Assembly: GCA_964016885.1 (NCBI GenBank)
Contig: OZ024745.1
Coordinates: 23,932,001-23,996,000, forward strand
DNA from: Eledone cirrhosa
Lineage: Eukaryota
Direction of reading: 5' to 3'
Length of the DNA stretch: 64,000 nt
This document shows positions 12,692-28,185 of the stretch, piece after piece. The notes beneath the pieces were generated by a model. The model worked only from the letters and a program-made list of their open reading frames with translations, was not told where the DNA came from and did no database searches. Made by a program: the position numbers and the translations under genes. The first letter of the stretch is position 1. Each line of letters starts with the position of its first letter.

Positions 12692-12869
12692 TATATGTAT
12701 GTATAAGAAAGTGAGGTTTAAAAACCACAGACCCTCCATCTCAATTCTACTTTTGAAAAGCAGAAGAACTGCGAAACCGGTAAAGGAACCAAATAAATAT
12801 ATATTTAAAAAAAAAAAGACTCCAGTTTCATTTTCGATTACATCTTTTTTCCGTATATATGTATATATG

Positions 12870-12991
<122 letters not shown>

Positions 12992-13213
12992 TGTGTGTGT
13001 GTGTGTCGGAGATAAATAAATTGGATATAATACCAGTTTCTTTCCAAATACCAAGAAACTCGTTATATTAACCACTTATGGAAGAATACAGACCATGATT
13101 CTTAAAAAAATCAATTGCCAGACAAAGAGGTACTTCAAATCATTTCATTAATGTCAAATGAATTGAAGTACCTCTTTGGTTTACAATTGATGTATATATA
13201 TACATACATACAT

Positions 13214-13279
<66 letters not shown>

Positions 13280-13502
13280 GTATATATGTATGTATGTATG
13301 TATGGTTGTATGTATGTATGTATATGTATACTAATGCCCTACACTGAATTTCAGCGTAAGAAATTGTCCGTGAATTTCAAATAACATATTCACACGAGTG
13401 CTTCTGTTAAAATACACCTTTATAAATGTTACTCACAAAATATCAATGGACATTTTATATCTCTACACTTCATTCATATTCAACATTAAGGTGTATATAT
13501 AA

Positions 13503-13598
<96 letters not shown>

Positions 13599-13630
13599 AG
13601 AATATTTTCGAAACAGCGAGCGGGTTTGAG

Positions 13631-13918
13631 ATTATTATAAATGTAAGCTATCGCCGTATTTTGACTAAAGAAATTAAAGAAATTATTTAGCCTGATAGTG
13701 GGGTTAAGAATCCTCGGAGAAATGGAAAAAGAGGAGTATTGACGTACATGGGAGTCGAACCCACATCTTTGGTTAATTAAAGATGTGGGTTCGACTCCCA
13801 TGTACGTCAATACTCATCTTTTTCCATTTCTCCGAGGGTTCTTAACCCCACTATCAGGGTAAATAATTTCTTTAGTTTCTTTAGTCAAAATACGGCGATA
13901 GCTTACATTTATAATAAT
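13631..13918. repeat. Fold-back inverted repeat, ~140-bp arms with 8-nt loop
   Basis: 13631-13770 is the reverse complement of 13779-13918 with a few mismatches. Contains a tRNA B-box-like gtgggttcgactccca. Flanked by (AT)n. Confidence 0.92.
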
Positions 13919-13933
13919 TATATATATATATAT

Positions 13934-14541
13934 GGTGGCTGCCAACTCGTTTTCGAGTACGGCCACTACTTTATATCCATGTAGGAGAACCCCTACCGAT
14001 GCGCTGAACGAGTGTGACTTTTTAGTCCAGCCAGCGATTTGAAAACTCTGGTACAAACACTACACTTTTGACAATTATTGACACATAGTGCTGGGCCCAT
14101 GGTACCATCTGACGACAAGTGCAGAGAGATCTCCAGATATAAAGCAATGCCTGTGCCGTGAAGCTTTTATAGTGAGCAAAGGCACTGCACAAAGCCAGTC
14201 CCACTCTCTTAACCAAGATGATATGTACCAAAAAGAAGAACAAGTCAACATCATTGGATACCATCAGGGTTGCAGGTGTTATATCAGAGTTTTCCTTCTC
14301 CTAGAATTCTGCCTTGACAAAGGCTAAGGGTCATCTCTCCCGGTGATTTTGGATGGCCATTGACTCTTAAGAGCTCCTTTGTCCTTTGACAGGTTTTGTT
14401 TTTAGTCCTGCAGGATGTCCAAAGTCACCCTCCTCACCAAGAAACCTTGGTGGGGTTGCCAGTTTAGTCGCCAACGACCCGACCATGAGACAGGTTGTAC
14501 TGGGATACATGTTACCAGTAGCACCAACTGGTGACCTGACA
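13934..14541 (-). mobile_element. Dispersed non-autonomous retro-element, RTE 5'-UTR-like
   Basis: Near-identical partial copy at 48625-49052. Minus strand has ctaggagaaggaaaactctga and tggcaacccc, which I recall from RTE 5' UTRs. Confidence 0.7.
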
Positions 14542-14774
14542 TATATATATATAAACACACACAAATCATGATAGTATTTTCGTGAATGTGTTGCTTTTAT
14601 GGCAACGCTACGCAGGTAGCTGAAATTAATCATTCATTCAATTACCTTCTCCTGTTCTAGATTGTAGGTAACCATGTTTCATGAAAGTGTATGTAACTCA
14701 CAAAAAGAATTATTAAATTAAATATCTTCTTATTATAAACCCTGTAGTTTTTGACTGGTAACATGCTAGTAATA

Positions 14775-14865
<91 letters not shown>

Positions 14866-14967
14866 GAAGTTTAATATAGAAATGGCTTCTACATTCAGAA
14901 GAAATCATAATCCTGATGATTTCTTCAGAATGAAACATTTCTAGTCCTGTCGAAGCTATATTAAACT

Positions 14968-15071
<104 letters not shown>

Positions 15072-15102
15072 AGATCAAAAGATGGTTAAAGGAGTTCCAT
15101 AT

Positions 15103-15171
15103 ATTTTATTATGCGCATTTCAAAAACAAACATCATCATGCAATAATATTTGTGTTTTCATCAGATAAAAC
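15103..15171 (-). ncRNA. Type I hammerhead ribozyme
   Basis: Minus strand reads GUUUUAU CUGAUGA aaacacaaauau..auguuuguuuuu GAAA UGCGCA UA AUAAAAU. Core intact, long stem II, palindromic stem III. Confidence 0.8.
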
Positions 15172-15292
15172 AGGAGAACATGATATGAAGGCTAAAAAAC
15201 ACTTGTGGATAGTGCAGTTTTAATCAACATATCAATCTGCATTGCTTTATTGTACTACAATAAAACTCACCTCCTACATATATCTATATATA

Positions 15293-15400
15293 TATAAAGT
15301 TGTATCCCCCAAATATGTATACACATTTCAACAGAATTCTAATAAATATTGACTGTACAGGTAATCAAAGTGTGTATACATTTTTAGGACACCCTGCATA
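15293..15400. mobile_element. Short Tc1/mariner-type MITE, degenerate
   Basis: Imperfect TIRs gtatcccccaaatatgtatacacattt / aaagtgtgtatacatttttaggacaccctgca in TA context. Confidence 0.55.
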
Positions 15401-15411
15401 TATAAAAATAA

Positions 15412-15450
<39 letters not shown>

Positions 15451-15452
<2 letters not shown>

Positions 15453-16260
15453 CGAGGTGTGTCAGAAAAGTTCAAGGACTGATGTCACAAAAATTTTCTT
15501 TCAAACCCAAACTTCACACTAAGAGTTTTCTCCTTCAAAGTAAACCCCCTGAAGTATGTAACTGTAATCTTAGCTCTCTGCAACGATCAAACTTTTTTCT
15601 TCATAATTTTATATACATGTCCTCTGTTTCAGGTCGTCAAGCAATGAGCACAGAGCAACGAACAAACTTGAAAACTCCGTCAGAAGCACTGGGATTGCTG
15701 CAGCAAGTGTATGGAGATGAGACGATGTCACGCTCACGTGTTTTTGAGTGGTGCAAGAGGTTTCAATAAGGACGCGAGGACGTGGAAGATGACCCCATGA
15801 GCGGAAGGCCCTCAACAACCACGACTGAGGTCAACGTTGAGCGCGTCAGGCAGATGGTGCGTAGCGATCGTCGGAAGACTGTTCAACTGATGGCAAATGA
15901 GCTGGGCATGAATCGAGCCAACGTCTGGAAGATTCTCACTGAAGATTTGGAGATGCGGAAAATGTGCTGAACGATGACCAGAAGGGTCGACGCATGCAAG
16001 TGTGCCAGGACATCCTCGAACGTCTTGAAACCGGACCAAACTTGCTAGGGACAGTCATGGATCTTCGAGTAGGACCCGGAGGGGCCCCGTTTTGAATACG
16101 TGGAAGACATCAAAAGGCCGTGACGACGGAACTGCGGAGGATCCCGGAACAATTCTTCCAGGAGTGCATGGAAGCGTGGCAGAAAACGATGGAAAAGTGC
16201 ATTAGACTCCAGTGGGATTACTTTGAAGTAGAAAACTCTTAGTTTGAAGTTTAGGTTTGA
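15451..16260 (+). mobile_element. Internally deleted mariner transposon (transposase pseudogene)
   Basis: Left TIR tacgaggtgtgtcagaaaagttcaaggactg. HTH region [67 protein letters not shown]. C-terminus ..ECMEAWQKTMEKCIRLQWDYFE. Catalytic core is largely deleted. Confidence 0.9.
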
Positions 16261-16280
16261 AAATATATATATATATATAT

Positions 16281-16346
<66 letters not shown>

Positions 16347-16611
16347 TATAGATATATGTAGAGAGTGAGAGTGGGGCGAGAGATAACTTCTCTTTTTCAC
16401 TTTCTGTCAATCTCGCTGTATTCGTCTCTATTGATGTTTCTGTCTGCCTCTCAATGGACATCTATGTGTCCCCCACCCCTCATTATTTCTGTCAACCCTT
16501 TTCTCTCATGCTGCTGCCCTTTCCGACATTCAACCCGAAATCGATGGTACATCCGCTTCCTTTTCATACACGCACACACACAGCTTGAACTGAAGATTGA
16601 ATGTTATAAAC

Positions 16612-16656
<45 letters not shown>

Positions 16657-16659
<3 letters not shown>

Positions 16660-16720
16660 TCTTTTACTCTTTTACCTGTTTCAGCCATCCGGGCTGAGGC
16701 CATGCTGGGGCACCGCCCTT
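16657..16720 (-). mobile_element. 3' fragment of a second SINE family
   Basis: tactcttttactcttttacctgtttcagcc..gaggccatgctggggcaccgcc, which I recall as an octopus SINE tail. Confidence 0.5.
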
Positions 16721-16721
16721 G

Positions 16722-16771
<50 letters not shown>

Positions 16772-16850
16772 TGTATATATAGTATATATATATTTATTTA
16801 TATATATATATATACACATATATACATACATATATATATAAAGATAAGTA

Positions 16851-16882
<32 letters not shown>

Positions 16883-16927
16883 AAGATATATATATATATA
16901 TATATTAATATATATATATATACATAC

Positions 16928-16969
<42 letters not shown>

Positions 16970-17099
16970 TATATATATACATAATATATATATACAGTAT
17001 ATATGTGTATATACATACATTTATATATATATACAAAATTTATATATAAATATGTTATATGTATACATACACACACACATATATAAATATAGCCTCCAC

Positions 17100-17182
<83 letters not shown>

Positions 17183-17269
17183 TCAGTAAGTGAGAGGGGT
17201 AAGAGAGTAATGTAGTATTTCGGTTGAAGCAGCTGTTGTGTTATATTTACGGTGGCTCATATATTGCAA

Positions 17270-18825
<1,556 letters not shown>

Positions 18826-19004
18826 CGTAACAGACTAGCCCCACTAATGTTTTGCTAGTTATCTAACAATATTACAATGAACAATAAATTAGATGCAAAT
18901 GAGAATTTTGAAGTCTTCGATGATGTTAGATTTAATCAGACGATATGGAATTAATAATAAAGACATAATAAAATAAAAATAATTTTGTTCTGGTGAAATA
19001 ACAG

Positions 19005-22000
19005 CAGAAACAATAACAACAATAATAACAACATCAAGAAAAAGAATAACAACAATAACAACAAAAATAACTACATCAAGAAAAAGAATAACAACAATAA
19101 CAACATCAAGAAAAAGAATAACAACAATAACAACAACAATAACAACATCAAGAAAAAGAATAACAACAATAACAACAAAAATGACAACATCAAGAAAAAG
19201 AATAACAACAATAACAACACCAAGAAAAATAATAACAAAAATAACAACAACAATTACAACATCAAGAAAAAGAATAACAAAAATAACAACAACAATTGCA
19301 ACACCAAGAAAAAGAATAACAACAATAACAACATCAAGAAAAAGAATAACAACAATAACAACATCAAGAAAAATAATAACAACAATAACAACAACAAAAA
19401 CAACATCAACAAAAAGAATAACAACAATAACAACAACAATAACAACATCAAGAAAAAGAATAACAACAATAAGAACAACAATAACAACATCAAGATAAGA
19501 ATAACAACAATAACAACAACAATAACAACATCAAGAAAAAGAATAACAACAATAACAACACCAAGAAAAAGAATAACAACAATAACAACATCAAGAAAAA
19601 GAATAACAACAATAACAACGACAATAACAACAACAATAACAATAATAATAACAACATCAAGAACAATAATAATAACAACAAAAATAAAAACTGCATCAAG
19701 AATAAAAACTACATAAAAAACAATTACAAAAATTAACAACAATAACAACTACAAAAATAACAACAATAACAACTACAACAAAAGCAACAACAACGAAAAT
19801 TAACAACACCAACAATAAAAACTACAACAACAACGACGACAAAAATAATAGCTACAAGATTAAAACTATATGAACAACTACAACAACAATCATAAAAACT
19901 ACAACAACGACTAAAACAACAACAACAACTAAAACTATGACTACTACAACAACAATAACAGCTACAACAACAACCACTACAACAACAATAACAGCTACAA
20001 CAACAACCACTACAACAACAATAACAGCTACAACAAAAACTACTACAACAATAATAACAGCTACAACAACAACTACTACAACAATAACAGCTACAACAAC
20101 AACTACTACAACAATAACAGCTACAACAACCACTACAACAACAATAACAGCTACAACAACAACCACTACAACAACAATAACAACTACAACAACAAGCACT
20201 ACAACAACAATAACAGCTACAACAACCACTACAACAACAATAACAGTAACAACAACAACAATAACGGCTACAACAACAATAACACCTACAACAACAACTA
20301 CAACAACAATAACAACTACAACAACAATAACAGCTACAACAACAACTACAACAACAATCACTACAACAACAATAACAGCTACAACAACAACACTACAACA
20401 ACAATAACAGATACAACAACAACCACTACAACAACAATAACAGCTACAACAACGACCACTACAACAACAATAACAGATACAACAACAACCACTTCAACAA
20501 CAATAACAGCTACAACAACAACCACTACAACAACAATAACAGCTACAACAACAACCAATACAACAACAAAAACAGCTACAATAACAAACACTACAACAAC
20601 AACTACTACAACAACAATAACAGCTACAACAACAACCACTACAACAACAATAACAGCTACAACAACAACCACTACAACAACAATAACAGCTACAACAACA
20701 AACACTACAACAAACAATAACAGCTACAACAACAACCACTACAACAACAATAACAGTAACAACAACTACTACAACAACAATAACAGCTACAAAAACAAGC
20801 ACTACAACAACAATAACAGCTACAACAACAACCACTACAACAACAATAACAGCTACAAAAACAACCACTACAAAAACAATAACAGCTACAACAACAACCA
20901 TTACAACAACAACCACTACAACAACAACCACTACAACGACAATAACAGCTACAACAACAACCTCTACAACAACAACCAATACAACAACAACCACTACAAC
21001 AACAATAACAGCTACAACAACAATCACTACAACAACAATAACAGCTACACCAACAACCTCTACAACAACAACCATTACAACAACAATAACAGCTACAACA
21101 ACAACAACTACAACAACAATAACAGCTACAACAACAACCACTACAACAACCACTACAACAACAATAACAGCTACAACAACAACTACTACAACAACAATAA
21201 CAACTACAACAACAACCACTACAACGACAATAACAGCTACAACAACAACTACTACAACAACAATAACAGCTACAACAACAACCACTACAACAACAATAAC
21301 AGCTACAACAACAAACACTACAACAACAACCACTACAACAACAATAACAGCTACAACAACAACCACTACAACAACAATAACAGCTACAACAACAACCACT
21401 ACAACAACAATAACAGCTACAACAACAACCACTACAACAACAATAACAGCTACAACAACAACCACTACAACAACAATAACAGCTACAACAACAAACACTA
21501 CAACAACAACCACTACAACAACAATAACAGCTACAACAACAACTACTACAACAACAATAACAGCTACAACAACAACCATTACAACAACAATAACAGCTAC
21601 AACAACAACCACTACAACAACAATAACAGTAACAGCAACAACTACTACAACAACAATAACAGCTACAACAACAACCACTACAACAATAACAGCTACAACA
21701 ACAACCACTACAACAACAATAACAGTGACAACAACAACCACTACAACAACAACCATTACAACCGCTACAACAACAACCACTACAACAACAATAACAGTGA
21801 CAACAACAACCACTACAACAACAACCATTACAACCGCTACAACAACAATAACAGCTACAACAACAACCACTACAACAACAATAACAGCTACAACAACAAC
21901 CGCTACAACAACAACAAACACTACAACAACAACCACTACAACAACAATAACAGCTACAACAACAACCACTACAACAACAATAACAGCTACAACAACAACC

Positions 22001-23235
22001 ACTACAACAACAATAACAGCTACAACAACAACCACTACAACAACAACCACTACAACAACAATAACAGCTACACCAACAACCACTACAACAATAATAACAG
22101 CTACAACAACAACCACTACAACAACAACAAACACTACAACAACAACAAACACTACAACATCAACCACTACAACAACAATAACAGCTACAACAACAACCAC
22201 TACAACAACAATAACAACTACAACAACAACCACTACAACGACAATAACAGCTTCACCAACAACCACTACAACAACAATAACAGCTACAACAACAACCACT
22301 ACAACAACAATAACAGCTACAACAACAACCACTACAACAACAACAACTACTACAACAACAATAACAGCTACAACAACAAACACTACAACAACAACCACTA
22401 CAACAGCAATAACAGCTACAACAACAACCACTACAACAACAACCACTACAACAACAACAAACACTACAACAACAACCACTACAACAACAATAACAGCTAC
22501 AACAACAACCACTACAACAACAATAACAACTACAACAACAACCACTACAACGACAATAACAGCTACACCAACAACCACTACAACAACAATAACAGCTACA
22601 ACAACAACCACTACAACAACAACAACCACTACAACAACAATAACAGCTACAACAACAAACACTACAACAACAACCACTACAACAGCAATAACAGCTACAA
22701 CAACAACCACTACAACAACAACCACTACAACAACAATAACAGCTACAACAACAAACACTACAACAACAACCACTTCAACAGCAATAACAGCTACAACAAC
22801 AACCACTACAACAACAATAACAGCTACAACAACAAACACTACAACAACAACCACTTCAACAGCAATAACAGCTACAACAACAACCACTACACCAACAACC
22901 ACTACAACAACAATAACAGCTACAACAACAACCACTACAACAACAACAACCACTACAACAACAATAACAGCTACAACAACAAACACTACAACAACCACTA
23001 CAACAACAACAACCACTACAACAACAATAACAGCTACAACAACAAACACTACAACAACAACCACTTCAACAGCAATAACAGCTACAACAACAACCACTAC
23101 ACCAACAACCACTACAACAACAATAACAGCTACAACAACAACCACTACAACAACAACAACCACTACAACAACAACAACCACTACAACAACAACCACTACA
23201 ACAACAATAACAGCTACAACAACAAACACTACCAA
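19005..23235. repeat. (ACA)n-derived minisatellites: acaacatcaagaaaaagaataacaacaata units, then ~30-33 bp acaacaacaataacagctacaacaacaaccact units
   Basis: Recurrent units are visible. The poly-Thr and poly-Val ORFs are artefacts. Confidence 0.93.
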
Positions 23236-23303
23236 AAATAACAGAATCAAGAACGTTTACGTAACTGCCGACATATTTTTCACAATTTCTATAACATGGG
23301 TAC

Positions 23304-25085
23304 CATCAACATAGACCACCGCCACCACCATCAACATAGACCACCGCCACCACCATCAACATAGTCCACCGCCACCACCATCAATATAGACCACCACCAC
23401 CACCATCAACATAGACCACCACCACCACCACCACCATCAACATAGACCACCGCCACCACCACCTCCATCAACATAGACCACCGCCACCACCACCTCCATC
23501 AACATAGACCACCGCCACCACCACCTCCATCAACATAGACCACCACCACCACCACCACCACCACCACCACCACCACCATCAACATAGACCACCGCCACCA
23601 CCACCTCCATCAACATAGACCACCGCCACCACCACCTCCATCAACATAGACCACCGCCACCACCACCTCCATCAACATAGACCACCACCACCACCACCAC
23701 CACCATCAACATAGACCACCGCCACCACCACCTCCATCAACATAGACCACCGCCACCACCACCTCCATCAACATAGACCACCGCCACCACCACCTCCATC
23801 AACATAGACCACCTCCACCACCACCTCCATCAACATAGACCACCGCCACCACCACCTCCATCAACATAGACCACCGCCACCACCACCTCCATCAACATAG
23901 ACCACCACCACCACCATCAACATAGACCACCGCCACCACCACCACCTTCAACATAGACCACCACCACCACCACCACCTTCAACATAGACCACCACCACCA
24001 CCGTCAACATAGACCACCACCACCACCTCCATCAACATAGACCACCACCACCACCTCCATCGACATAGACCACCACCACCACCGTCAACATAGACCACCA
24101 CCACCACCACCACCACCACCACCACCATCAACATAGACCACCGCCACCACCACCTCCATCAACATAGACCACCACCACCACCACCACCATCAACATAGAC
24201 CACCGCCACCACCACCTCCATCAACATAGACCACCGCCACCACCACCTCCATCAACATAGACCACCGCCACCACCACCTCCATCAACATAGACCACCACC
24301 ACCACCATCAACATAGACCACCGCCACCACCACCACCTTCAACATAGACCACCACCACCACCACCACCTTCAACATAGACCACCACCACCACCGTCAACA
24401 TAGACCACCACCACCACCCCCATCAACATAGACCACCACCACCACCTCCATCAACATAGACCACCACCACCACCATCAACATAGACCACCACCACCACCA
24501 CCACCATCAACATAGACCACCACCACCACCATCAACATAGACCACCACCACCACCTCCATCAACATAGACCACCACCACCACCTCCATCAACATAGACTA
24601 CCACCACCACCATCGACATAGACCAACACCACCACCACCACCATCAACATAGACCACCACCTCCACCACCACCATCAACATAGACCACCATCACCACCTC
24701 CATCAACATAGACCACCACCACCACCTCCATCAACATAGACCACCACCACCACCACCATCAACATAGACCAACACCACAACCACCACCATCAACATAGAC
24801 CATCACCACCACCACCATCAACATAGACCACCACCACCACCACTATCAACATAGACCACCACCACAATCAGCATAGACCTCCACCATCATCAACATAGAC
24901 CTCCATCACCACCACCATCAACATAGACCACCACCACCATCATCATAGAACACCACCACCATCACCATCAACATAGACCACCACCACCATCAACATAGAC
25001 CAACACCACCATCAACACCACCACCTCCAATATCACCCCCTCCATCACCACCATCACCATCATCATTAACATAGACCACCACCAC
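23304..25085. repeat. Minisatellite catcaacatagaccacc(gccacc)n, variable unit ~24-33 bp
   Basis: Dozens of catcaacataga anchors separated by variable ACC runs. Confidence 0.95.
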
Positions 25086-25240
25086 CACCTATACCACCTC
25101 CACCTGTACCACCACCACCACCACAATACCAGCTGCTCACCAATACATACGTCAAACCAAACAAATAGGTCAGAGCTTTCACTTCCGACGTTTGTTTCGA
25201 CTGGCGTGTGAAACTGACAAGTGACAGTGTATGTGACAAG

Positions 25241-26190
25241 GTGGTGGTGGTGGTTGTGTTGGTGGTGGTGGTGGTGGTGGCGGTGGTGGTGGTTGTGGTG
25301 GTTGTGGTGGTGGTTGTGGTGGTGGTGGTTATGTTGGTGGTGGTGAGATAGGTTCTGATTGTCGCCATGGTAGAGGTGTTGGTTGTAGTGGTGGCGTGTG
25401 AGAGACTGGTTTAGGTGGTGGTGGTTGTGGTGGTTGTGGTGGTGGTTGTATTGGTTCTGGTGGTTTTGGTGGTGGTGATAACGTTGGTAGTATTGGTGGT
25501 GGTGGTTATGATGGTGGTTATGATGGTGATAGTGTTGGTGGTGTTGGTGTGGGTGGTGGTTATGATGGTGATAGTGTTGGTGGTATTGGTGTGGGTGGTG
25601 GTTATGATGGTGATAGTATTGGTGGTGTTGGTGGGGGGGTGGTTATGATGGTGATAGTGTTGGTGGTGTTGGTGGGGGTGGTGGTTATGATGGTGATAGT
25701 GTTGGTGGTGGGGGTGGGGTGGGGGTTATGATGGTGATAGTGTTGGTGGTGTTGGTGTGGATGGTGGTTATGATGGTGATAGTGTTGGTGGTGTTGTTGG
25801 GGGTGGTGGTTATGATGGTGATAGTGTTGGTGGTGGGGGTGGGGGTGGGGGTTATGATGGTGATAGTGTTGGTGGTGTTGGTGTGGATGGTGGTTATGAT
25901 GGTGATAGTATTGGTGGTGTTGGTGGGGTGGTGGTTATGATGGTGATAGTGTTGGTGGTGTTGGTGTGGATGGTGGTTATGATGGTGATAGTGTTGGTGG
26001 TGTTGGTGGGGGTGGTGGTTATGATGGTGATAGTGTTGGTGGTGTTGGTGGGGGTGGGGGTTATGATGGTGATAGTGTTTTTGTTGTTGGTGGTGGCGGT
26101 GGTGGTGGTCGAGGTGGTGTTGTTGTTTTTGTTGGTGTTGGCGGTGGTGGTGGTGGTTGAGGTTGAGATAATGATAGTGGTGATGTAATA
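25241..26190. repeat. (GGT)n-derived ~39-42 bp minisatellite (gttatgatggtgatagtgttggtggtgttggtg..)
   Basis: Repeated unit is visible. Confidence 0.9.
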
Positions 26191-26875
26191 CTGTATTTGA
26201 TAGTAACAGTAATGATTGTAGTGGTGGTAGTAGCGAAGTGGTGTGCCAGTTACAGCGATAGTAACAGTAGATGTTACGTTTTAGTCTGTGTTGAAAGTGA
26301 CAGTAGTAATACTGTAGTGGTAGCGGTGGTGGTAGTGTAAATGGTGTTTGCACTGGTGGTGATGGTGGTGATGGTGGTGATGCTAGTCTCTGTATACCTC
26401 GTTCCTCTGGAGATGGTAAGCCATTTAGCTTCCAAATAATTGCTGGACAACTCCTGAGTAATTCACAAATACCATAATTTACTGATATATATGGAGCTGC
26501 GGCGCTGCAAATGGGTTACATATGAAAAAGTTTGTCCTCATCAGTGGCCTTCCAACCGTCGTAGGCATTTCGTCGCATTAAAGGCCATATACCTCAGGTT
26601 GGTGCGAGCAACGGCTAAAAAAAGTCGTTGGGACACGTAAATAAGGTGGACGCTAGGGTAAACAAACAAAATGGTTTAAGCAGCAGAAAGTGATGAAGAA
26701 GAAACAAGTCCCAGATTTATATGAATATAAATTCGGTGGAATCGTGAACGAGAGTATAAAGACCATCAAACCTGGTTGAAATGTGAGCAAGGAAGGAATT
26801 TCGCACAGGTCTAACGGGAGGAAGAAGGGGTCTGGTCTGCGAATTCGGTAAACATAAGTTCTGTGAAGTCGCAGA

Positions 26876-26939
<64 letters not shown>

Positions 26940-27054
26940 CCATATACCTCAGGTTGGTGCGGCTAAAAAAAGTCGTTGGGACACGTAAATAAGGTGGACG
27001 CTAGGGTAAACAAACAAAATGGTTTGTAATTTTTATATCGATATTGCATGGGCA

Positions 27055-27177
27055 TCCACTGATGAGTTATAAGGGGCCACTTGTGTGTATATCTATGGAT
27101 TATATACAAGTTTCTACATAACCTGGACATTATTTATCCCAACTTGTAGAAATCTTATAACGAAACGATCGTATGGA
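27055..27177 (+). ncRNA. Type I hammerhead ribozyme with branched stem II insertion
   Basis: UCCA CUGAUGA GUUAUAAG-(~80 nt, two internal hairpins)-CUUAUAAC GAAA CGAUCG UA UGGA. Confidence 0.82.
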
Positions 27178-27673
27178 AAGAAAGAGAGATTTATTTAATT
27201 ATGTCTCATATAAAATAATACAACCAACTTTCCACGGAATACTGATTAGTTAGCACCCAAACAGTTAATTGGGATTATACTTAGGTATATCCTAATGTTT
27301 GTTGACTGAGATGGAGTTGGTGAGAGTATCGCTTAAAGCTTTCTCTGTTAATGTATTAAATATATATATATATATATATAAAAACAAATATCGAAACGAA
27401 ATTAAATTTCGTTTCATTTGTAACTCACTTTTGTATGACTGACGCTTAAACAATTAAGTTAAAGATGTACATCCATATATGTATACTGAAATACTAGTAT
27501 GTATATGAATACACACACGTATACATATGTAGATGTACCAAGTTTTTTCACTGGTCACTTTACTGTGAGTGGCCAGCTATTCTGTATGTAAACACACAGA
27601 CAAACCGGTTTTTAGAGTCATACTGGTTTTTGAGGAAACACCTTTCCTCTATTCTTCAGAAAGCCAGACAAGG

Positions 27674-27718
27674 AATATTGAACTAGTTTCGTTGTTGTTA
27701 CGACTCATCAGCAATATT
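27674..27718 (-). ncRNA. Minimal hammerhead, array unit 1 (one stem II mismatch)
   Basis: AAUAUUG CUGAUGA GUCG uaacaa CAAC GAAA CUAG UU CAAUAUU. Confidence 0.8.
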
Positions 27719-28140
27719 TACCTATCTTCCGGCCTCTCTAGAGAATCGTAAAAGCACATATCGTTATATGCTTTTTCTATGAAAATTAGTAGTGGGCAGA
27801 CCAATTTGCATAGAGTGTGAGTAAGTACCGGTTCAACGGAGACGATAAAAACAAATAACGAAACGAAATTAAATTTCGTTTCATTTGTAACTCACTTTTG
27901 TATGACTGACGCTTAAACAATTAAGTTAAAGATGTACATCCATATATGTATACTGAAATACTAGTATGTATATGAATACACACACGTATACATATGTAGA
28001 TGTACCAAGTTTTTTCACTGGTCACTTTACTGTGAGTGGCCAGCTATTCTGTATGTAAACACACAGACAAACCGGTTTTTAGAGTCATACTGGTTTTTGA
28101 GGAAACACCTTTCCTCTATTCTTCAGAAAGCCAGACAAGG

Positions 28141-28185
28141 AATATTGAACTAGTTTCGTTGCTGTTACAACTCATCAGCAATATT
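28141..28185 (-). ncRNA. Minimal hammerhead, array unit 2
   Basis: AAUAUUG CUGAUGA GUUGU aaca GCAAC GAAA CUAG UU CAAUAUU (U-G pair in stem II). Confidence 0.88.

Noticed and set aside
13775-13805. tRNA gene
   Set aside because: Only a T-arm/B-box is present, with no D arm or acceptor stem. The SINE heads elsewhere likewise do not form full cloverleaves.
14088-14327. 79-aa ORF conserved at 14088 and 48768
   Set aside because: Similarity reflects recent duplication of a dispersed repeat. GTG start and no known domain.
20494-23314. 918-aa poly-Val and 529-aa poly-Thr mucin-like ORFs
   Set aside because: Translations of an (ACA)n minisatellite, with no signal peptide, no Ser/Pro diversity and no flanking domains.
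26460-26600. Minus-strand ctgatga-ggac motif
   Set aside because: No correctly placed GAAA or stem III follows. At most a decayed ribozyme.
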